A stretch of 62,632 nucleotides of DNA, the filler included. It is 6 parts of 6 records of this genome, joined end to end, with 100 filler letters (N's around TTAATTAATTAA, not from the genome) between each part and the next. Parts side by side here need not be neighbours in the genome. Positions count along the whole stretch, not along the records: positions 24,521 to 47,758 come from SRR20825019_3075; 5 more parts are not named here. One strand, written 5' to 3'. The position numbers and the translations under genes were made by a program. The notes under the pieces are model-generated. The model was not told the DNA's origin and did no database searches. It saw only the letters and a list, made by a program, of their open reading frames with translations. Positions 28,553 through 41,713 of the stretch are shown here, one piece after another. Numbering within the stretch: the stretch's first letter is position 1; each line of letters begins with the position of its first letter.

Positions 28553-30469
28553 ATGATTGTGACTGACCCCAGGCTACCGTCCATTGAAACCGCCGACATT
28601 GATTGGAGCAGTGGCGCACCCCGCTGTCGCCGCTTTGGCGATGTTTACTTCTGCAGCGAGAACGGCCTTGAAGAAGCGCGGTATGTGTTTATCGGCCAGA
28701 ACCGGCTTCGCGAACGTTTCTCCTTATTGCCCGCAGCCTCCTCCTTCGTCATCGCGGAAACTGGGTTTGGCACTGGCCTGAATTTCCTCGCAGCCTGGCA
28801 AGCCTGGAATGAAACAGCCACACCACGCAACGGCTGCCTGCATTTCGTCTCCGCCGAACGCCACCCGTTGACTCCGGAGGACCTTGCCCGAGCACTTACG
28901 ATGTGGCCGGAGCTCAAGGCCTACGCTGACCAACTGCTCGAACAGTATCCTGCCCCCACCTCCGGTACCCATCGCCTGGTACTCGCCGGCGGTCACGTCA
29001 GGCTGACCCTGTTTTTCGGCGACGTAGCCGATGCCTGGCGTGAGCTGGATTTTCAGGCGGATGCCTGGTTCCTAGACGGTTTCGCGCCCGCTAAAAATCC
29101 GGGCATGTGGACGAGTGAAGTCATCGACGCGATGCCGGGCCACAGCAAGCCCGGCGCGACGATCGCCACCTTTACATCCGTTGGCGAGGTGCGGAGACGG
29201 CTGATTGCTGCTGGCTTCGCCATGCGAAAAGCACCCGGATTTGGCCAGAAATGGGACATGTTGACCGGCACACTGGGTGATGCCACCAGTCCCGGAACAC
29301 CACCAGCCGCGAATGATGTTGAATCCATTGCCATCATCGGCGCCGGGGTTGCCGGCAGCCTGCTCGCCCGGAATCTGGCGGAGCGGGGATTGCATGTCAC
29401 GGTGATTGACCAGGCTCAAGAGGCTGGAACAGCCGCCTCTGGCAATATCCAGGGTGCGCTGTATGTCAAACTGGGCATTGAGTTCAACGATCAGGCAAAG
29501 CTCGGTCTCTCATCGTTGCTGTTCAGTCAACGTTACTATCAACAGTTCGGCGGGGAGCACTGGCATCCTTCCGGGCTTGTTCAGCTGGCGCACAGTGATA
29601 GCGAGCAAGACCGTCAGAACCGCTTCATCGCCCGCAACGACTACCCAAGCGCCGTATTGCAGCAGATCAGCCCGGAACAGGCGTCTGAGCTTGCCGGCAT
29701 TCCCCTGACTCGGGGAGGTCTCTGGTTCCCTCGCAGTGGATGGCTTGAGCCCGGCGGCCTTTGCCGGGCATTGATAGAGCACGAGCGGATTTTTCAATGT
29801 TTTGGGTTTGACGTCCACCGACTTACTCCCTGCAACGGCAAATGGCATATCGCAGGTAACGGCGAGCAGGATGTTGTGGTCGACAGGGTGGTTATATGCG
29901 CCGGCCATCAGACACCGGACCTGATTCCGCTGAAGGGCGGCTTCCGTTTTCGCGCGATTCGAGGGCAAGTAACCCACTTGCCTGCGACGGCGGTGAAGTG
30001 CCCTGATGTAGTGGTATGTGGATCAGGGTATCTCAATCCCGCCCACGGTGGCATGACACTGGCGGGTGCCACCTTCGATCTTCATGACTCATCGCCAACC
30101 CTTTCCACCGAAAGCCACCGTGATAACCTTTCAATGCTGGATGCGATGGTTCCAGGCTCGGTAGACAGGGATTCAGGCGACATTGATCCGGCGAAACTCG
30201 ATGGCAAAGTCGGGTTTCGATGCACTACCCATGATTATCAGCCGGTCGCTGGTCCGCTAATGGACGCTTATGGGCAACCACTGGAAGGCATCAACCTGTT
30301 TACCGGCTTGGGCAGCAAGGGGTTAAGTTACGCTCCCCTGCTCGCAGAGTACCTTGCCGACCGGCTCTCCGGGCAGCCTGTCTGCCTCCCCGGATCCCTC
30401 GCAAAACGGGTCGCGACGGGCCGCTGCCACCGCGTGGAAATAACAGAGCAGGAAACTATTAGCGCCTGA
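28553..30469 (+). CDS. mnmC: Bifunctional tRNA mnm5s2U34 biosynthesis protein
   Basis: IAETGFGTGLNFL, ADAWFLDGFAPAKNP, FAD motif IIGAGVAG, ASGN.QG, GLGSKGL. Confidence 0.95.
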   Translation: MIVTDPRLPSIETADIDWSSGAPRCRRFGDVYFCSENGLEEARYVFIGQNRLRERFSLLPAASSFVIAETGFGTGLNFLAAWQAWNETATPRNGCLHFVSAERHPLTPEDLARALTMWPELKAYADQLLEQYPAPTSGTHRLVLAGGHVRLTLFFGDVADAWRELDFQADAWFLDGFAPAKNPGMWTSEVIDAMPGHSKPGATIATFTSVGEVRRRLIAAGFAMRKAPGFGQKWDMLTGTLGDATSPGTPPAANDVESIAIIGAGVAGSLLARNLAERGLHVTVIDQAQEAGTAASGNIQGALYVKLGIEFNDQAKLGLSSLLFSQRYYQQFGGEHWHPSGLVQLAHSDSEQDRQNRFIARNDYPSAVLQQISPEQASELAGIPLTRGGLWFPRSGWLEPGGLCRALIEHERIFQCFGFDVHRLTPCNGKWHIAGNGEQDVVVDRVVICAGHQTPDLIPLKGGFRFRAIRGQVTHLPATAVKCPDVVVCGSGYLNPAHGGMTLAGATFDLHDSSPTLSTESHRDNLSMLDAMVPGSVDRDSGDIDPAKLDGKVGFRCTTHDYQPVAGPLMDAYGQPLEGINLFTGLGSKGLSYAPLLAEYLADRLSGQPVCLPGSLAKRVATGRCHRVEITEQETISA

Positions 30470-30493
30470 AGAAATCCAATTGTCTGCCGATAA
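30467..30493 (+). promoter_or_regulatory. Sigma-28 (FliA)-type promoter for the CBS-domain gene
   Basis: TGAA-N15-GCCGATAA with a perfect -10 element, overlapping the mnmC stop. Confidence 0.7.
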
Positions 30494-30529
30494 CCGGAGA
30501 AGGCCCTGTTGTAACCGGAGCAGATCATT

Positions 30530-31162
30530 ATGTCCATTCATGTCAGTGAACCCGGCAGACCCGTTGGGACACGCCTGCCGGAGATATTCCGGGGCCGCCG
30601 CGTAGGTGACGTTACAGAACTGAGCGAATCCCACAATATCGATGTTCAGCACAGTGAGGCAACCGACGCCGAGTTCCAGCTTGCCGCCCGCTCTGGCCGG
30701 CAGCGTGCCATTGAGGAATACGGTGCCGCAGCGTCCGGTGAACCCAAAGAGCGACGGGCCTACCTGCCGGTATCCCAGATCTGCACCCCCGCCCTGCACT
30801 CTCTGCCAGCCACCGCAAGCGTTGCTGACGCGATGGAAGCCATGGATGAAAACGGCGTCAACCATCTCGTGATTACCGCAGACGGTAACGTAGCAGGGCT
30901 CGTGGATCTACGCTGGTTGCTAGCCTGGCTCCACGAAACCGATGCAAACGCCATGAGCGCGAGCTTCGTGAATATCGAACTACCCGCCTTCCTGACCTCG
31001 TCGCCCGAGACCGATGCCCACCAGTTGGCAAGGCTGATGCTCGCTCACCAACTGAATGCGGCCCTGGTGGTTGATGAGAGGGGCCAGTCAGCAGGTATCG
31101 TCACCAGCACCGATTACCTGAAGTTGTACGCCAACGCCAGCCGGCACGAGGGTAGCGTATAG
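30530..31162 (+). CDS. CBS-pair domain protein with N-terminal extension
   Basis: A...M......HLVI....VAGLV and ARLML......ALVVD.....GIVTSTD.L CBS motifs. Confidence 0.85.
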   Translation: MSIHVSEPGRPVGTRLPEIFRGRRVGDVTELSESHNIDVQHSEATDAEFQLAARSGRQRAIEEYGAAASGEPKERRAYLPVSQICTPALHSLPATASVADAMEAMDENGVNHLVITADGNVAGLVDLRWLLAWLHETDANAMSASFVNIELPAFLTSSPETDAHQLARLMLAHQLNAALVVDERGQSAGIVTSTDYLKLYANASRHEGSV

Positions 31163-31187
31163 CAGTGGGCACATCGCCCGCATTCGA

Positions 31188-33938
31188 TTAATGCAACGGC
31201 AGTCCCTCTCCAGTAAACAACCGAACCTCCCAGGTCTCAGAGGCACCACTGACGATTTTGACCAGGGCTGTTATTTCGTCATCGCGGTAGTTTTCCAGCC
31301 GTTCTATTTCACCCTCAGCACCAACCAGTGGCAACTGAGTTCTCCATTCCCGGCTGCTGTCAGTGTCATCATCGCTGTTTTCTTCCAGTGAAATTCTCGC
31401 CAGGATCGGATGAGTCTGGCTGTTTCCCTCGCTTTCGCTGAAATTACCGTTGGTGCTTCCTGCAACCAGAATGTCCCGGTCGTAAGTGCGCACCGCACGT
31501 AGAGACTCAGTGGATGCATCATCCAAGTCATTGAACGTAAAGGCGCGAGTGACATCTCCCAACGCCGTAAAGGACAATGCAAACCCGGCCTGGCTGTTGA
31601 TCTGACGGCGCTTCAGTGAGCGGTTCCCATCGCCAGACTCGACGCTATAATTGCCGGTACTCTGGCCCACCAGCCAGACATTGTTCGTCCCGTAGATGCC
31701 GTCGGAGAGATCTTCGTTGCCAGCGGTTCCACGCTGCCTGACGTTAATTGTACTGTCTGCGCTGGAGGCAATATAAAAGAACGCGTCTTTTCCGCCAAGT
31801 TGGGGTTGGCCACTCACCGCGCCTGAGGAATCCCCGATCAGCAACGGACTGCTGGTGGACGTACTGCCTCCTACAACCGACTCATCATGCCCTGCCGACC
31901 CGACCTGTCGTGTCCAGGCAACCACCGGCACAACCGAGTTGCCGTCAACGGTGGTGTCGATTCTCTGGAGAAAACTGTCCACACCACCAGCAGCGTTTTC
32001 GTTCGTCCACTGGCCATCGGTTTCCCCGGCGTTCACGACGTAACCACCATCTTCATCAATCCCAGTCCATCGGGGAAAATCATCGCCGGATGTGCCGGTC
32101 ACAATGCTCCAAACCGGCACATAACTGTCCGGATCCTGAGCGGTGTCGAAGAAGTAAAGCAGGGTATGAACATCCACACCATTGCCGCCAGGGGCACCGT
32201 CCGGTGTCCGTTCACTGCCGAACGACACGACGAATTCGTAGCGGGTAACGTCGTCATCTCCTTCCTTAAAGTTACGTTCGACAAAACCGATAACCGGTTC
32301 CCCACCCTGGGCAATAGCGGCCTCTGACAAAGGCTGCTCCGTTACTTCCCCTTTCTGCGTGACGATACGCACCCAGGGACGGTCACCATCATCGATACGA
32401 TAGCCTGCAATGAAAAGACGACCGTTGTGCCCGAAGGCCGTGTCGGTGGGAACAAACGCCGCACTGTTGCCCACCTCAATCGGTGAAGTCAGTTCGTTGA
32501 TGTTCACCCGCAGTTTGTCCGCATCCGCCGAGGCTGCGAAATTCTCCCTTCCGGACTGATAACGTTCGTCCAGACCCAAAAGAAGGAAGCGATCGTTTTC
32601 CAGCTGGCCGTTGGTGTAGTCGTCGGGAATGCGGATACGAAAGCGCATTTCCTCAACGCCCTCGGCAAAGGTCAGAAGATCCCCTTCCACCCACTCGCCA
32701 TTCCCGTCCCGGACTTCCACAAGGAACTCCTCGCCCAGAATCACATCGGAGTCATCATCCTCTCCAAGTTTCACGCTATAAGCGCCGGCTCGTTCACCGC
32801 TGATTAAAGCAACATACTCGCGAACATCGCCGACATTAAGCGCATCGCGGGTACCGCCGGCCTCGGTTTCCAGGCGCACTGTTGGCTCATTGTCCGCAAT
32901 CCGCAGCAATTCCCTGACACCGGAATTGGAACTGCCAAGCCCGGCGAGGCCGGACCGCACCTCGGTCAGTCGGATGTTCAGGGTTTCCAGGGGTTCGGCC
33001 TCGGTGTCCTCGATAACTTCCAGGCGGATGTAACATTCGGTGATTCCGGGCTCCAGAGTAATCACCCCCTTGGACAGGAACCCATCATCGTCTGGCTGAT
33101 ACTGAAGATAGGAAGGCACTGGTAAAGTCGGTTCGCTCTGCGTCCCCAAACCAACAATGTCCTTGCCGATGATCGCCTCGTTGTCGTTGGCGGCGCCATT
33201 TTCACAACGCTGATGAGGGGGATCAATATCCTCGTCACAGCGTTGTGGATTAAAGCTGGAGTCCAGCTCAAAGGCCACCGACACACGGGTGACAGAAGGC
33301 TGATCAAGCAGCACGCGAACAAGAACGGGATAGGTGGCACTGGTGCGTTGAACGGTTTTAACGACGGCGCCATCATCGTCGTACTCGTTCACCTCATATG
33401 TCTGTCGACCGATTTCTCCGATCTCCGGAGCCTCGCACCGATTATCCCGTTCCTCCGGCGCCTCGAACGCCTCTCCCTCGGTAAAATCGTCGATGGCCAG
33501 GCTGAGCACGTTTTCCCGGACCTCAATGTCAAATGGCTGTGTACCGGCCGCACGGCCATCATTGCCAACCAGAGTGATGTTCTCCGTAGTTCCGAGGTCA
33601 TCACGGCCTCTCGAGCCACCGGTCAGCCCCGGAACGCCCCGCATGATGACGCCCTGGCGTGCCTTGTTGCTGGTGTCTTCCAGCGCCAGCCAGGACGGTG
33701 CATTGGTGAGTGAATAATCGAGAATATCGTCGCTGTCGAAAGCGCCAAAATTGTAGGCGTATTCAACGCCCAGATAAGCTTCGTCCGGCGGTGTTCCCAG
33801 AATGTAGGGGTCTTCGGCGTCCTGTTCGGTCTTGCAACCGCCAATGACAACCAGGATCAGTGACAGCAGGGCAAGACAGCCCCCGCGAGGAAAACAGCGA
33901 AGAGCACAGGAGAGGCAAGAGAGCGAATCGGCGCGCAT
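31188..33938 (-). CDS. Large acidic predicted lipoprotein (Ig-like/Calx-beta-like domains plus beta-propeller-like C-terminus)
   Basis: 916 aa. Lipobox-like LVVIGG-C, YSLTNAPSWL, E.LNIRL...IADNEP.V, repeated W..Q.GT.G.D motifs. Confidence 0.7.
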   Translation of the reverse strand: MRADSLSCLSCALRCFPRGGCLALLSLILVVIGGCKTEQDAEDPYILGTPPDEAYLGVEYAYNFGAFDSDDILDYSLTNAPSWLALEDTSNKARQGVIMRGVPGLTGGSRGRDDLGTTENITLVGNDGRAAGTQPFDIEVRENVLSLAIDDFTEGEAFEAPEERDNRCEAPEIGEIGRQTYEVNEYDDDGAVVKTVQRTSATYPVLVRVLLDQPSVTRVSVAFELDSSFNPQRCDEDIDPPHQRCENGAANDNEAIIGKDIVGLGTQSEPTLPVPSYLQYQPDDDGFLSKGVITLEPGITECYIRLEVIEDTEAEPLETLNIRLTEVRSGLAGLGSSNSGVRELLRIADNEPTVRLETEAGGTRDALNVGDVREYVALISGERAGAYSVKLGEDDDSDVILGEEFLVEVRDGNGEWVEGDLLTFAEGVEEMRFRIRIPDDYTNGQLENDRFLLLGLDERYQSGRENFAASADADKLRVNINELTSPIEVGNSAAFVPTDTAFGHNGRLFIAGYRIDDGDRPWVRIVTQKGEVTEQPLSEAAIAQGGEPVIGFVERNFKEGDDDVTRYEFVVSFGSERTPDGAPGGNGVDVHTLLYFFDTAQDPDSYVPVWSIVTGTSGDDFPRWTGIDEDGGYVVNAGETDGQWTNENAAGGVDSFLQRIDTTVDGNSVVPVVAWTRQVGSAGHDESVVGGSTSTSSPLLIGDSSGAVSGQPQLGGKDAFFYIASSADSTINVRQRGTAGNEDLSDGIYGTNNVWLVGQSTGNYSVESGDGNRSLKRRQINSQAGFALSFTALGDVTRAFTFNDLDDASTESLRAVRTYDRDILVAGSTNGNFSESEGNSQTHPILARISLEENSDDDTDSSREWRTQLPLVGAEGEIERLENYRDDEITALVKIVSGASETWEVRLFTGEGLPLH

Positions 33939-34089
33939 GAAAAAGTCCGTTTCAGAGCATTGTTTTTATAGGTGCTTTACACACCGTTACAGAACAAGCT
34001 CATGGTAATCAATTTCACGGAGGCAGGATCTGCGCGAGTTCTCAGATTCTGGCCACGGACGAACCATCGTGTGCGCCGTGGCCAGGGGT

Positions 34090-37121
<3,032 letters not shown>

Positions 37122-37262
37122 AGTGGTGCTGTCCTGTTTGCAGATCAGATATCGTTGCTACTCTAAGAAAAGCCTGTAATGAATACAACGCAAACACAGG
37201 CCAGATGGCAGTTTTGTCATTTTTGCACGAACCTTGACCGCCTGTCCGCCAGCGACATGTCA

Positions 37263-40200
37263 TCATGCTTCAGCCAACGCGGCAGCCTCGTCAACATCTA
37301 CCGATACCAGCCGTGAGCATCCGGGCTCATGCATCGTGACCCCCATCAGTTGGTCGGCCATTTCCATGGCGATCTTGTTGTGGGTAATGTAGATGAACTG
37401 TACCTGTTTTGACATTTCCTTGACCATGTTGGCGTACCGCCCCACGTTAGCGTCGTCCAACGGAGCATCCACCTCATCCAGCATACAGAACGGAGCCGGA
37501 TTAAGCTGGAAGATGGAGAACACCAATGCAATGGCCGTCAGTGCTTTCTCCCCGCCGGAGAGCAAATGAATGGTGCTGTTTTTCTTGCCCGGCGGTCTTG
37601 CCATGATGGCAACCCCCGTTTCCAGCAGGTCCTCACCCGTAAGCTCAAGGTACGCATTGCCGCCACCGAACACTTTCGGGAACAGCGCCTGGAGCCCCCC
37701 ATTGACCTGATCGAACGTCTCCTTGAAGCGCTGCCGGGTTTCGCGATCGATCTTGCGTATGGCGTTGTCCAGGGTCTCCAGCGCTTCCATCAGATCTTCA
37801 TGCTGACTGTCCAGATAGGTCTTACGCTCACTCTGAACCTGATACTCCTCGATGGCCGCAAGGTTGATGGCACCCAGACGCTGAATCCGGGACCCGATTT
37901 TCTCGAGGTCTTCGGCCCAGGCTTGCTCGCTGGCATCTTCAGGCAACGTGGACAGCACTTCCTGCAGGCGGACATCCAGTTCCTCGAGCTGCTCCAGATG
38001 ATTGCCTGCGCGAATCTCCAGTGCCTGGGATTCCATTTTCAGCTTCTCGAGGCTGGCACGGACGTCCTGGATGGTATGTTCTATGCGGCTGCGACTTTGC
38101 TCCCGATCACGCACCTCCTGATCAATTTCTTCAAGCGCGTCTCGGGCAGCACCCAACTTTTCCTCTTCAGCCAAGCGCCTGTCCAGCAGGCCTTCCAGCT
38201 GCATTTTCAGATCTTCGATAGGCTCTTCGGCGTTTTCGCGGCTTTCACGGAGAATGTCGAGTCGCTCGTCCAGACGCTCTTTCTGCAATTGCATTCGATC
38301 AATGGTCTGGCGCAAGCCATCGCGCTGGCTGTTCAAAGACTGAAGCTGGAGTTGTAACTGGTGGGCGTGATCGCGATCGTGCCGAGCCTCCTGGCGAAGC
38401 CGGTCAAGGTTTTCACGCAACACGTCCCGACGCTCAAGCAGCCGCTCCTTCTCTTCATCGCTGTCTTCCGTCGATGCCAGGGCCTGCTGCCACTCCTCAC
38501 GGGTTTCCAGCAGCTGCCCCTGTTGCTCCTCAAGATTCATGGACACGTCAGCAAGATCGTCACGAATGCGTTGAAGCCTCGCATCAATCTGTTCCGCACG
38601 CGCCTTCAGACCACTGATCTTGGATGACAGGGTGGCGAGTTCCCGATCAGCATCCGCCAGCCGGCCCTGGGCATCGTCCCGGGCAGCTTCCGCCCGTTCT
38701 GACTGTTCCAGCAACCGGTCCAGATTATCGGTGGCGGCTTCCAGCGAGGCTTCCGCCTGCTCTAACTCTCCTGTCAGTGCGGTGACTTTCTTCTGGCGTT
38801 CGATTACGCCAATCTGGGCCGCGTCGGAATCGGGCATCAACACCCAGTCAGCGGACAACCAGGCACCCTCGGGGGTAATGACACTCCTGCCCGGCGCCAA
38901 ACCTTTCTGCCGTTCCAGCGCGTCCTCCATGGACTCCGCGGTATCAACAAGCGCCAGCAAGGATGCCATGCCCCCGGCACCGGATACTTTGCTTGCGAGC
39001 CCCGTTGATGGACCATTGGCGCTGGAGTCACTATTCACCAGGGCCAAACCTCGGGGAGTATCAGCCATGTTGGCATGCATTGCTCCCAGCCCCGGTACGC
39101 TCAGCCCCTGGCTGAAGCGCCCAATTACCTGCTCTACCGCAAATTCCCAGCCATCGTCGATACGAAGTTGCGTGGCCAGTCGTGGGCTGTCGCTAAGGCT
39201 GTGTTCATTAAGCCAGGCCTGCAGGGTGTCGTCCTGGCTGCCCATCTGTTCATCCAACAAGGCCTGCTGGGATTCAAGCGATGCCCTCAGACTCTGGACC
39301 TGCTGGCGCGCCTCGGTGGCAGCCTGATCTGCATCCCGCTGGTGGTGGCGTGCCTCCTGGAGTTCGTCCTGGACAACGTTGATTCGCTCCGCGGCTTCCT
39401 CCCTCTGCAGCTCCAGGGTTTCCTGCTGCTCCAGAAGGTCGTCCAGTTCCGCCCGATCAACCTGTCCTTCAAGCAGATCCTGTTCTTCACGAAGCCGTTG
39501 TTGACGGGTGCGCAGTTGTTCAATGGCATTTTCCTGGGAACGGATACTGGACTGGGCCAGTTCCGCCTGTCGGCGCGCATCCGCTGAACGGGAACTGAAA
39601 TCCTCCCAGTTGTGCTGCCATTCGCTCATGGCATCCTCGGCACTCTGGAGCTTCTCTCCGGACTCCTCCGACTTCAGGACCAGCGCCTCCTGTTCGGGCT
39701 CCAACATATCCAGTTCTTCCTGGATGCCCGCCAGTTTCTCTTCATCCTGTTCCAGTTCCCGAGCCAGTTCGCGCTGATTGGCCATGGCCTGGTCCAGTTC
39801 CGCGGCCGTCTGGCGGCTGCGCTCTCGTTGGTGCTCAAGGCTCTGCTCAATGCGGGCAATATCGGCACCGGCTTCGTAGTAACGCGCCTGCGCCCGATTG
39901 AAATGTTCGTTACGTTCCTGATGGCCATCCCGCAGGGATTCCAGAGCCGTTTCCAGGCTGACGCGCTCAGACAGCTGCTTCTCGAGTTCGAGCTCGGTAT
40001 CCCGGATACGGGTACGCCAGGTCTGAAGATCGGTATCCAGGGACTGCCAGCGCAACACCGTCAGCTCGGCCTTTTTCTGGCGTTCTTCCTGCTTGTACGC
40101 TTTGTACTTTTCCGCCGACTGAGCCTGACGCTCAAGGTGTTGCAGCTGCCTGCCGAGCTCGTCCCGAAGATCCGTCAGGCGTTCCAGGTTCTCCTGGGTC

Positions 40201-40757
40201 CGGCGGATGCGGCTTTCGGTTTCCTTGCGACGTTCCTTGTACTTGGAGATACCCGCCGCTTCCTCGATATACACCCGCAACTCTTCCGGCTTGGCCTCGA
40301 TCAACCGCGAGATCATCCCCTGCTCGATGATGGCGTAGCTGCGGGGGCCCAGCCCGGTCCCGAGGAAAAGATCGGTAATGTCACGCCTCCGGCATTTGGA
40401 GCCGTTCAGAAAGTATTCCGACTGCCCCTCACGGGAAACACGGCGGCGTACCGAAATTTCATTGAAACGTACGAACTCGCCGGGCGCCGAACCGTCGCTG
40501 TTGTCGAAAACCAGTTCTATGGACGCCTGGCCAACCGGTTTACGCGCACTGGAACCGTTGAAGATAACGTCCGACATGGACTCGCCACGCAGATATTTGG
40601 CCGAGCTTTCCCCCATCACCCAGCGAACCGCATCGATGATATTGGACTTGCCACAACCGTTAGGGCCCACGACTGCTGTCATGTTGGACGGAAACGGCAC
40701 CGTGGTCGGGTCAACGAAAGATTTGAAACCGGATAACTTGATGGACTTCAGGCGCAT
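37263..40757 (-). CDS. smc: Chromosome partition protein Smc
   Basis: GFKSF, GPNGCGKSN, coiled coils with hinge, LSGGEK, LDEVDAPLD. Confidence 0.98.
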   Translation of the reverse strand: MRLKSIKLSGFKSFVDPTTVPFPSNMTAVVGPNGCGKSNIIDAVRWVMGESSAKYLRGESMSDVIFNGSSARKPVGQASIELVFDNSDGSAPGEFVRFNEISVRRRVSREGQSEYFLNGSKCRRRDITDLFLGTGLGPRSYAIIEQGMISRLIEAKPEELRVYIEEAAGISKYKERRKETESRIRRTQENLERLTDLRDELGRQLQHLERQAQSAEKYKAYKQEERQKKAELTVLRWQSLDTDLQTWRTRIRDTELELEKQLSERVSLETALESLRDGHQERNEHFNRAQARYYEAGADIARIEQSLEHQRERSRQTAAELDQAMANQRELARELEQDEEKLAGIQEELDMLEPEQEALVLKSEESGEKLQSAEDAMSEWQHNWEDFSSRSADARRQAELAQSSIRSQENAIEQLRTRQQRLREEQDLLEGQVDRAELDDLLEQQETLELQREEAAERINVVQDELQEARHHQRDADQAATEARQQVQSLRASLESQQALLDEQMGSQDDTLQAWLNEHSLSDSPRLATQLRIDDGWEFAVEQVIGRFSQGLSVPGLGAMHANMADTPRGLALVNSDSSANGPSTGLASKVSGAGGMASLLALVDTAESMEDALERQKGLAPGRSVITPEGAWLSADWVLMPDSDAAQIGVIERQKKVTALTGELEQAEASLEAATDNLDRLLEQSERAEAARDDAQGRLADADRELATLSSKISGLKARAEQIDARLQRIRDDLADVSMNLEEQQGQLLETREEWQQALASTEDSDEEKERLLERRDVLRENLDRLRQEARHDRDHAHQLQLQLQSLNSQRDGLRQTIDRMQLQKERLDERLDILRESRENAEEPIEDLKMQLEGLLDRRLAEEEKLGAARDALEEIDQEVRDREQSRSRIEHTIQDVRASLEKLKMESQALEIRAGNHLEQLEELDVRLQEVLSTLPEDASEQAWAEDLEKIGSRIQRLGAINLAAIEEYQVQSERKTYLDSQHEDLMEALETLDNAIRKIDRETRQRFKETFDQVNGGLQALFPKVFGGGNAYLELTGEDLLETGVAIMARPPGKKNSTIHLLSGGEKALTAIALVFSIFQLNPAPFCMLDEVDAPLDDANVGRYANMVKEMSKQVQFIYITHNKIAMEMADQLMGVTMHEPGCSRLVSVDVDEAAALAEA

Positions 40758-40758
40758 A

Positions 40759-41442
40759 TCAGGCGCTCACCTCTTCCCTGAGAATACTCAGTACCTGTTC
40801 ACGCTGATGTTCGCCAAACTCACAGATGGCGGTTTCAAGGCCGGCGGCGTCGTCACGCACCGCTGCGTCCGCAAGTTGCCGGAAAAACCGCCCGGTTTCC
40901 GCCAGTTCATCGCGGAAGTTCTCCAGTGCGACGAAATAGGTCCGGCTGATCGCAGGCCGGAAGTTTTCCAGGGTTTCCTCAAGGAACGGATTTTCCACCA
41001 ACCCATAGGCGTAGCGCATTACTCCGAATCCGGCATCAATGACCTGCTCGGCAGCATCTCCGCCGGAGGAATTGAGTGCATCAATGACCGCCTGAAGCTC
41101 CCGCACCTGACCCATAACGCCAGACAGTTCACTGCCGGACCAACGCTCAAGTACCTTCCGCCCCAGCATGCACAGCAAATCAATGTAGATATCATAGAGG
41201 CTGTTGACCAGCTCCGGCGTCAAACGGGACACCACGGCACCACGGCGAGGAAAGATATCCACCAGATGACGGCGTTGGAGAATCAACAACGCCTCGCGCA
41301 CGGAACCGCGACTGACATTCAGCTCACCGGCAACCTTGAGTTCCTGGATTCGCTCGCCCGGCCTCAGGTCGCCGGTCACAATGCGCTGCCCCAGGTGCTG
41401 GGCTATCTGTTCGGAAAGACTTTCGGGGGCCTGAAACCTCAT
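40759..41442 (-). CDS. GntR family regulator (first gene of the smc-zipA-ligA run)
   Basis: IVTG.LRPGERI.E..VA.ELNVSRGSVREALL.L winged HTH. Confidence 0.92.
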   Translation of the reverse strand: MRFQAPESLSEQIAQHLGQRIVTGDLRPGERIQELKVAGELNVSRGSVREALLILQRRHLVDIFPRRGAVVSRLTPELVNSLYDIYIDLLCMLGRKVLERWSGSELSGVMGQVRELQAVIDALNSSGGDAAEQVIDAGFGVMRYAYGLVENPFLEETLENFRPAISRTYFVALENFRDELAETGRFFRQLADAAVRDDAAGLETAICEFGEHQREQVLSILREEVSA

Positions 41443-41662
41443 AAAGTTGGTCGCTCACTCGCTACTGGCAGCAAAGAATAAGCGCAGAAGTTTACCACAG
41501 GCACCCGTGAGCCCAATCCCCTTGTCGGACATTTTAACGATCTGGTCATGCCGGCAAACGTATGCCGGAAATTTGACGTGCTCGCCAACAAGTCTGTTTT
41601 AATCCTTGGAAAATCGAGAACAAAATCGCTATATCTAACTGTTATTGTGCACTAATTTATTT

Positions 41663-41679
41663 TTGGCCCCAATTATGCT
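41663..41679 (+). promoter_or_regulatory. Putative sigma-54 promoter for the diguanylate cyclase gene
   Basis: TTGGCCCCAATTATGCT (GG-N10-GC) about 35 nt before the start, with an AT-rich upstream tract. Confidence 0.6.
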
Positions 41680-41713
41680 TAACCAGAGAAAATACCTTTA
41701 CAGGCAGCTTTAA

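Noticed and set aside
37263-40757. Smc as a Wadjet/MksBEF-like defence system
   Set aside because: It is a canonical housekeeping Smc with zipA-ligA and ScpAB. No JetD/MksG-type nuclease is nearby.
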